Origin: Naegleria gruberi
Taxonomy: Eukaryota
Length of the DNA: 64,000 nucleotides
NCBI GenBank assembly: GCA_000004985.1
Contig: GG738880.1
Direction: 5' to 3' (one strand)
Shown here: positions 57,557 through 64,000 of the stretch, one piece after another
Position numbering within the stretch: the first letter of the stretch is position 1
Layout: the number at the start of each line of letters is the position of its first letter
Translations under genes and position numbers: made by a program
Notes under the pieces: model-generated
Database searches by the model: none
Told to the model about the DNA's origin: nothing
The model's input: the letters and a program-made list of their open reading frames with translations, nothing else

Positions 57557-60500
57557 TTATTTTGAAAACAATTTGGCCTGTGAGAGTAGTTCTGTACTTA
57601 ATTGAATGATATTGTTGCACTTTAATCCACAAGTTTCAAAATTGATAATGTCAGACGTATCTTGCTTTAAAGAGTTAGCTAAAAGAACCCATCCGCTCAA
57701 TCTCTTATAAAACAAGTCTACAACAGATTCATCCAAGCGTAGTATTGGAGTTGGGGCTTCTTTTGCTTGCTCTCCATCTTTTGGCTTAATATTCGTAAGA
57801 ATGGAGGCTGAGGATACTGTTTCCTCAGATGCTAATCTTCTTTTTGTGAGCTGTCTTTCTAATTTGAAATTTCGTTTCAAAAGCTCAAATAGATATCTGT
57901 CTGCTTTTAAGGTTTCATTGATATTGGAGGGTTTCTCATTTCTCATAGAATTGTCTTCCAAGAAAACTACTTTCTTTTTAGAGCTTGTTGGATAGTTCAA
58001 ATAACAACCTGTTTTGATTATTTTTCTAGATAGGCTCATCACTACTTGAATGTTAAACGGTGTAAGGAGAATATTCAAACATTTCTCAAATTCACTTTCG
58101 AATAATGAGAGCAAATTTAAATTGTGTAATAAATTTTGCAAATCTAAATCCAATCTGAAAGGAGAGCAATAATCTTTACGAGTGGCATGCACAAAAGCAC
58201 ATGCCATATTATCAAACAAAACTCTTCCTTTTTCCATATCAAATATAATAGAATCATCCCTAACATTGCCCAATCCAATAAACCAACTAATAGCAGACCA
58301 TTTAGCAAGGTCTCTAACAACCCTTTCACACATGTCGTACCAGGAATTTTTGTAAATGTGATATTTCGTTATTAAGACAGTGTTTTTCTTCTTGGTTTCC
58401 ACATCATAGGACATGAGTGAATAGTGTTGGGATGCGTGCTGAGAAAAATATTGGAATAATACAGTTTCTGGCTTTTTGAGAGAAAAATTGAGTGATTTCA
58501 AAGACTGTAAATCCACAAATGAAGAGTTTGATTGTTTTCTAATTACTTTGAAATAATTTCCTCCCATCTTCATAATTGGTATCATTTCCAACTGTTCCAT
58601 CCCAATAAAATTCCCAATTGCATTCGAGGTTAACATTTCCAAATTTGAGGCATCCATGGTTGGAATGGGAGAAAGTGTAATGGCGAGACTTTCTTTTGAG
58701 GTTTCCTGATCAAAATCTCTATCAATTTGAATTCGCATCTCCCACAAATTATTGTTATTTTCATATGAAAATTTGGAAATTTCGATCGAGTTAACAAATT
58801 GCATCCATTTAAAACCAGTATCCTTTGCTGTTGATTTTCCAATATATTTAAACAGTTCCAATAATGAATTAAAGAATTCTTCTTTGTTAACTGAGGATTC
58901 CAAATTATTATGTAGCACATTATTGATCACTGATAAGGAAGCTTGAATCATTTTAAATTTGTGGTCATCACAATATTCCATAAATTTTCTGAACATTTCC
59001 AAGTTGCAAAATCTAAGAAAGTCCAAAACAAAGTTAATATTTTCCAGAGATGAATACTTTTGAATCGATTTGTAAGAGTTCTTAAAGAGAAATAATGATA
59101 CTAATCGGTTCAATTCTTCTCCATTGAATGTCTCAATAATGAAGGAGAAAATTTTAGCCCATCCCGTACAGAATGTAACACTTTCAAGCATGTCTTTGTC
59201 AATAAATCTGTATTCTATAAGATATGACAGTATATTGATGCAATGTTTTAGCTCTGTTACTGTCATTGAATTCTTACAATCTATTAATTTTGAAATATTC
59301 TCCAAAAAATCAAATATTAATAAATGTACACAATAGAAAACCGATGGCTTTTGTGTTTCTAAATCTGGTTGATAAGTAAATGATCCAAAATTGGAAGGGC
59401 ATAGGTTAGTGCATGTTTGGGAGAGAATTTCTTCCATTGTGAAATTTCTATTTGAATACTTATTGTTGGAAACTACAGATGAGAATAGGATGATTACAGA
59501 TTCTAGTGTTATAGTTCTTAAACAAAAGGAAATATTTTCAGGTAGTTCTATTTTAGAAGAGAGTAGCGCATAACCTATTCTCCAATCTAGCATTCCATTG
59601 TCTTGTGAAATCTTCCTAAGACCAAAGGTATCCTCATTTTTGATTGGATTATCTGTATTGGTAATGAATTCAACAAACTCTTTCCAATCTACCTTTTTTG
59701 ATTTTCGTATTGTAGTCTTTGATTGAAGTAAGAGCTGCTTTCTGACAAAATCGAATACTTTTGTGGAATCTCTTTCAAGAGAAGCATAGCAATCAGATAA
59801 CATTGAACAAAAAAGATTCAAAAACTCTCCACATGTTTTGAGTTCGATTTTGTTCAATCTGAATTTCAAAGATTCATCCTTAATTGACCATTCATGTAGA
59901 ATGAAATTTAAATTAATGGATATATCTTCAATATTACTAGTTTGTTCACAAATGATTTGAATTCTTTCATGAATAACAGCATCACTCGAAGTATCATTAA
60001 ATATATAGAAAATACATTTCCAAAATAGAGAATTTTTCTTTCCATGTATAAATTTAGAATCAAATTCTTCACTTATTACTATTTGTATAGGTTCCTCTGT
60101 TGTTTGTTTGTTTGTTTCTAGATTCATTTCTTCAACTGTTTCTACAAGTGGCTCTGTATTTCTATCAATAAAATCTTGGGCTAAGTCTAATAAACTATGG
60201 CGATTCAAATACCATTCAGAAGAATCCACAGTATGAATTGAAGAGTCAGATTGTGAAAGTTTCATAATATGAAGAAGGATAAGATGTGACTCAACAACAG
60301 GCTCCTTATATCTACTTGTAATTGATTCTACTGTTTTAACATAATCAATGATGGTATTTGTAGACAAATTCTCAATAGAACTAAAAATGTTTCTACTAGA
60401 ATTATTGGATTCGGGGTTCATTCCCTGCAATATATCAAAGAAGGGAGTCTTTTGATCTCTCCTACTCAGTTCGTATTGAATCCATTGTAAACAGGTGGAA

Positions 60501-63500
60501 GAGATCTTATCTTTGAGTACCAACTCTATTACTTTGATTTTTTCTGTTGTTAAAAGCTTGTTCTCAGTAAGCATCTTCTTGATAATATTCTCATAGGTGG
60601 TGGTGTTAATTTGTCGAGCAAAGTTGGCCAAATCTGATACAGTGTTCATTTCTTTCGAGTTGAGGAATGAAACATCTCCTTTCTTTAGAGTTTCCACTAG
60701 TTGGTAGTTGATTTTTTGTTCAGAATTCATTGAGTCAGAGTACGACTTGAGGAATAACTCGAAATTCTTCTTTTTCTCATCCTCTCTTATAGATCTATCC
60801 AATAGATTCTTTGCAAACAAGTAGGGAATAACATCAGGATACTCATTGGAAATTTTCTGAATGAAACTATCATTGGAATTAGTTAAAGATATGTATGATC
60901 CCAATATTTCACAAATATTTTCCTTATACAACCCTTTCAAATAATTCAAATAGGGCCAAAGATTATTAAAACCCATCTTGAACTCCTCAATCAATGAGGA
61001 ATATTCAATATTTGCATTGGATCTATTAAACTTGTTTAGAGTAACTCTTAATTTGAATAAATCAAACTCTGATAGCAGCTGTCTGGTCTCAATCGATTTG
61101 GCTTGCATTTTGATAATACTCAAATCTAGTTTCGATAAATATGATTCAAGATTATCGTTTAGGCCTATAAGAAAAGCAATTTTACATAGAGGATATAGCG
61201 TGTCAATTCTTGCAAATCTTGTAGAACCCATATTATTAGAAATTATCAGTGCTTGCTTTTTCATATTATTGGTGAGTAAATAAATTATTATCCATTGCCA
61301 ACAAGAAGTTTGAAACTTGGGATCAATTTCTTTAAGTGCTTGTTGTGCCTTTTCATAGAATTGAGTTTGATAGTATTGACTAGAGGGTGATCGTAAACTG
61401 AACTTCAATTCAAATATGATTGTCTTTGGTTTTTTCATGTAATCAGCACTTATACTGTGAATTGGATTCAGTGTTGAGAAGTAGCTCTCATTTGAAATGT
61501 AAGATATGTTTGCCTTAAGAAAGTGAATTGAAGATTTGTAGTTTTCCAAATTGAATATTTGGGCATGTTCAATCATGTTTGTTTTAAGCCAGTCTGGAAT
61601 ATTCTCAACAATTTTCTCAAGCTTTTCAAGCTCAGTTCTTGATTTTTCTATATCAAAATGATTGACATAGTATTTGGTTCCTAGTTTTAGTTTTTTGAGT
61701 TGAAATTCAATTGTGATTGGATTGAAATCTCTGTATACACTCGAAAAATTAGAGTCATCCAAAATATAGAATGTCTTTAACCGTAGATAGACGTATTCGT
61801 AATTCTTTGGGCTAGATCTTTGTAGATTTGATAATATTTGAAGAGCTTGCCTTGAAGATATGGTACTCTTCTTTTTGTAAAGAATTTTGGCTTGCAATAA
61901 CTGAAACTCTGGCGAAAGTTCACTAATATTTGAAACCTTAGGTATGTATTGTGATGCATTATTATAATCTTCAATGTTGTAATGATAAAGTGCTTTTTCA
62001 AAATCCACAGCAGATAAATTTCCACTTCCTTTATATCAAAAATTAATTAATTCGATAGATGAACTACACTTACTTGTTGCTTCGACCAAGCTTGTTTCAA
62101 TATATTTCCTAAGTTTTGAATTTGTTTTCAATGCACATTTCCCCATTCTATTGTAAGCATAAACTTGCATATAGTACGAAGAGTCATCCCTTTTAGTGAC
62201 CTCATCAAAAATCCACTTTGAATAGTCTAATAATTTCCAAGGACTTCCAGCACTTGCCAATGATATATAGTACCAGAAAAAAGTTGAGGAATCTTTACCT
62301 CCTGGCTTTTTGCCAATCATTACATGTCTGTCATAGAATAACTGCATCAAGATGAGTGATGTTTTGGCACATCCAAGTTTTGTTAAGTAGAACCACAATA
62401 GACGTAATGTTTGTGGATATTGAGAGCAAATGCTTTGGATTGTATAGTTATTGTAAATATCTTGAGTAAAGATAATTGGATCAATATTGAAAGAAGTTAA
62501 CAAGTATGAAAGAGCTCCCTCTATATCACCATTATAGTACTTCAATAGAGAAACATTATTACAAGCAGATTTTTCAATTTCAACAGATCTAAAACCAAGT
62601 GGTAATTGATTAAATCCAAACTGAAGTTTGGTACTATTTAGAAATCGTTCAAAAATAGTCGAGTTTGCATTGAATTGATTGGAATCGTCCTGAGATAAAA
62701 GCGAATCCAATAAGTTTTTCTTATATTCCAAACTTGCTAAACAATCACTCCCTGAAAATAATTCCAAAGCTTTTGTAATTACATTTTGTGCCAACTCATA
62801 ATTCCCTGTTTCCCAATAAATATCCACAATATTTTCAATTGATATTATTTGATATGGTGCTAATTCTAATCCCTTCATAAAAAATTCAATAGATTGCTTA
62901 TATAAACATCTATCTTTAAAAATAATTCCAAATAAATGATAAATTGATGGATTATTTGGATCTCTCTGTTTCATTTCATCCAAAATATGTATTGCCTCTG
63001 AATCCCAGCCCATATTATGTTTGATTAGTGCCAATGTTAATAAATAGGCAGTGTTATTTGGTTCACACTTTTTTGCTTTATAGCAACATTGAATGGCCTC
63101 TTCGTATTCCTCATGAATCATGTAAATTTCAGATAATGCTATCCAAGCATCAAAACTCGAATCTGTTTGTTTAATTATATTCAAGAAATATCCCTCAGCC
63201 CTATCTATATCATTTAATATCCTCAAATATCTTATTCCATTGTTTTTTATATTGAATTTCTCAATAAAAATACTTACAAATATCCTAAATTCAATAGTGG
63301 ATTAATTATTAAATGTTCATTTCTAATTTGTTGACTTTTTTGAAGGGAATATGTAAATGATTCGATGGATTTTTCAATTTCACCTCTATGTAATTGTAAG
63401 ACTCCAATATTATTAGTTACAAGAATATCCTCTTTTAGTAGTTCCTTTTTTCTCCCTATTAATTCTTTTGATTTTGCAAAACTGTCAAACGAAGATTGTA

Positions 63501-63671
63501 AATCTCCAATTTTATAATATAAATATCCTAATGTATTATATCCAACAATACTATTTTCGTTTGTTATTGATTTAGACACTTTAATATTTAAACAACAATA
63601 TCCGATAATTATTTACCTCGATCTATTAAATTATTTATTTCGGAAGTGTTATCCGAGAGGTGTGGAATCAT
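57557..63671 (-). CDS. large (~1994 aa) TPR/FAT-like helical-repeat protein with a C-terminal PI3K/PIKK-type kinase fold carrying degenerate catalytic motifs (probable pseudokinase), 4 exons: join(57557..62028,62074..63230,63278..63578,63617..63671)
   Basis: The exons join in frame: 63617..63671 'MIPHLSDNTSEINNLIDR', intron 63579..63616 (gtaaat…aaag, 38 nt); 63278..63578 TPR-like 'YNTLGYLYYKIGDLQSSFDSFAKSKEL…', intron 63231..63277 (gtaagt…aataag); 62074..63230 TPR repeats 'AWIALSEIYMIHEEYEEAIQCCYKAKKCEPNN…', intron 62029..62073 (gtaagt…ataaag); then the 4.47-kb last exon. Exon 2 has no Met, so an upstream exon is required. Near the C-terminus, 'WSAISWFIGLGNVRDDSIIFDMEKGRVLFDNMACAF…SPFRLDLDL' aligns with the PIKK/PI3K catalytic segment 'GYILGLGDRHxxNILxD..G.lvHIDFgxxF…vPFRLT'. 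GDRH is replaced by GNVR (58253..58276) and DFG by DNM (58205..58213). There is no FATC tail. Confidence 0.65.
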
Positions 63672-63708
63672 TTTTTTTGGTCGTATTTACAATTGTTTGT
63701 CTTACTTA

Positions 63709-64000
63709 TTAATATCCTGAAAGCTTTGAAGAGGACATCTTCTTTCCAGTTTTGCGTGGATCACCATTACGTTCAATTTCAGCACATTCATGAGTGATTG
63801 GATTATACTGAACAAATCTCTTATTAGGACTAGGTGTTGAAAGACCATTCTGTGAATAAAAAGATTGAGCAGTTGTTGTGTAAAAGTTTTGAGGATTTGA
63901 AGAGTAGAAGCTCTGAGATGATGGACTTCTGAATGGCTGTGGTTGATTGTTATATGATGAAGGACTCCTGTACATTTGAGGAGGAGGAGAGGTATATTGT
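63709..64000 (-). CDS. hypothetical S/Q/Y/P-rich low-complexity protein, 3' end; frame is open to the window edge, so possibly 5' partial
   Basis: '…MYRSPSSYNNQPQPFRSPSSQSFYSSNPQNFYTTTAQSFYSQNGLSTPSPNKRFVQYNPITHECAEIERNGDPRKTGKKMSSSKLSGY*'. The TAA at 63709..63711 is only 37 bp upstream of the next gene's ATG. No domain recognised. Confidence 0.3.
   Translation of the reverse strand, partial: QYTSPPPQMYRSPSSYNNQPQPFRSPSSQSFYSSNPQNFYTTTAQSFYSQNGLSTPSPNKRFVQYNPITHECAEIERNGDPRKTGKKMSSSKLSGY

Noticed and set aside
57801-61283. Short plus/minus ORFs inside the last exon of the PIKK-like gene (57801..57995+, 58144..58329-, 58630..58920-, 59124..59336+, 60978..61283+ etc.)
   Set aside because: They are nested in a 4.47-kb continuous coding exon and have no homology.

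Overview
This window is eukaryotic nuclear DNA, not prokaryotic. It is AT-rich and uses the standard code with TAA stops. It has short AT-rich spliceosomal introns (GTAAGT/GTATGT/GTTAGT…AG, 38–171 nt), an aaaATG start context, and N/Q/H/S homopolymer tracts inside proteins. This is a dictyostelid-like (Amoebozoa) genome signature.

The window is a scaffold built from three sequence blocks: 1..7450, 7501..8722 and 44354..64000. They are separated by a 50-N gap and a 35,631-N gap. The long ORFs the track reports across the N runs are artefacts.

Recognisable genes, in order:
- a large DOCK-family Rho-GEF (DHR-1 and DHR-2), 5'-partial
- a formate–tetrahydrofolate ligase (FTHFS) whose 3' end lies at 7136..7450 and whose 5' three exons lie at 44354..46107, on either side of both gaps
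- a nodulin-like MFS transporter (4 exons) on the small middle contig, running into the large gap
- a MOB kinase-activator gene (2 exons)
- two small Cys-rich orphan ORFs
- a Q/H/N-rich ORF
- a degenerate Ras-like pseudo-GTPase
- a small putative mitochondrial membrane protein
- CKS1 (2 exons)
- NDUFV2, the complex I 24-kDa subunit (2 exons; exon 1 encodes the presequence)
- a BRE/BABAM2-like protein
- a ubiquitin–ribosomal L40 fusion
- a Ulp1/SENP SUMO protease
- a ~1994-aa, 4-exon TPR/FAT-like repeat protein ending in a PI3K/PIKK-type kinase fold with degenerate catalytic motifs (likely pseudokinase)
- a 5'-partial low-complexity ORF at the right edge.

Genes are tightly packed and alternate between divergent and convergent pairs. 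Two convergent stop codons are only 5 bp apart.

No rRNA, tRNA, CRISPR array or mobile element could be supported. The most notable items are the PIKK-like pseudokinase architecture, the pseudo-GTPase, and the FTHFS gene interrupted by the scaffold gap and an opposite-strand contig.
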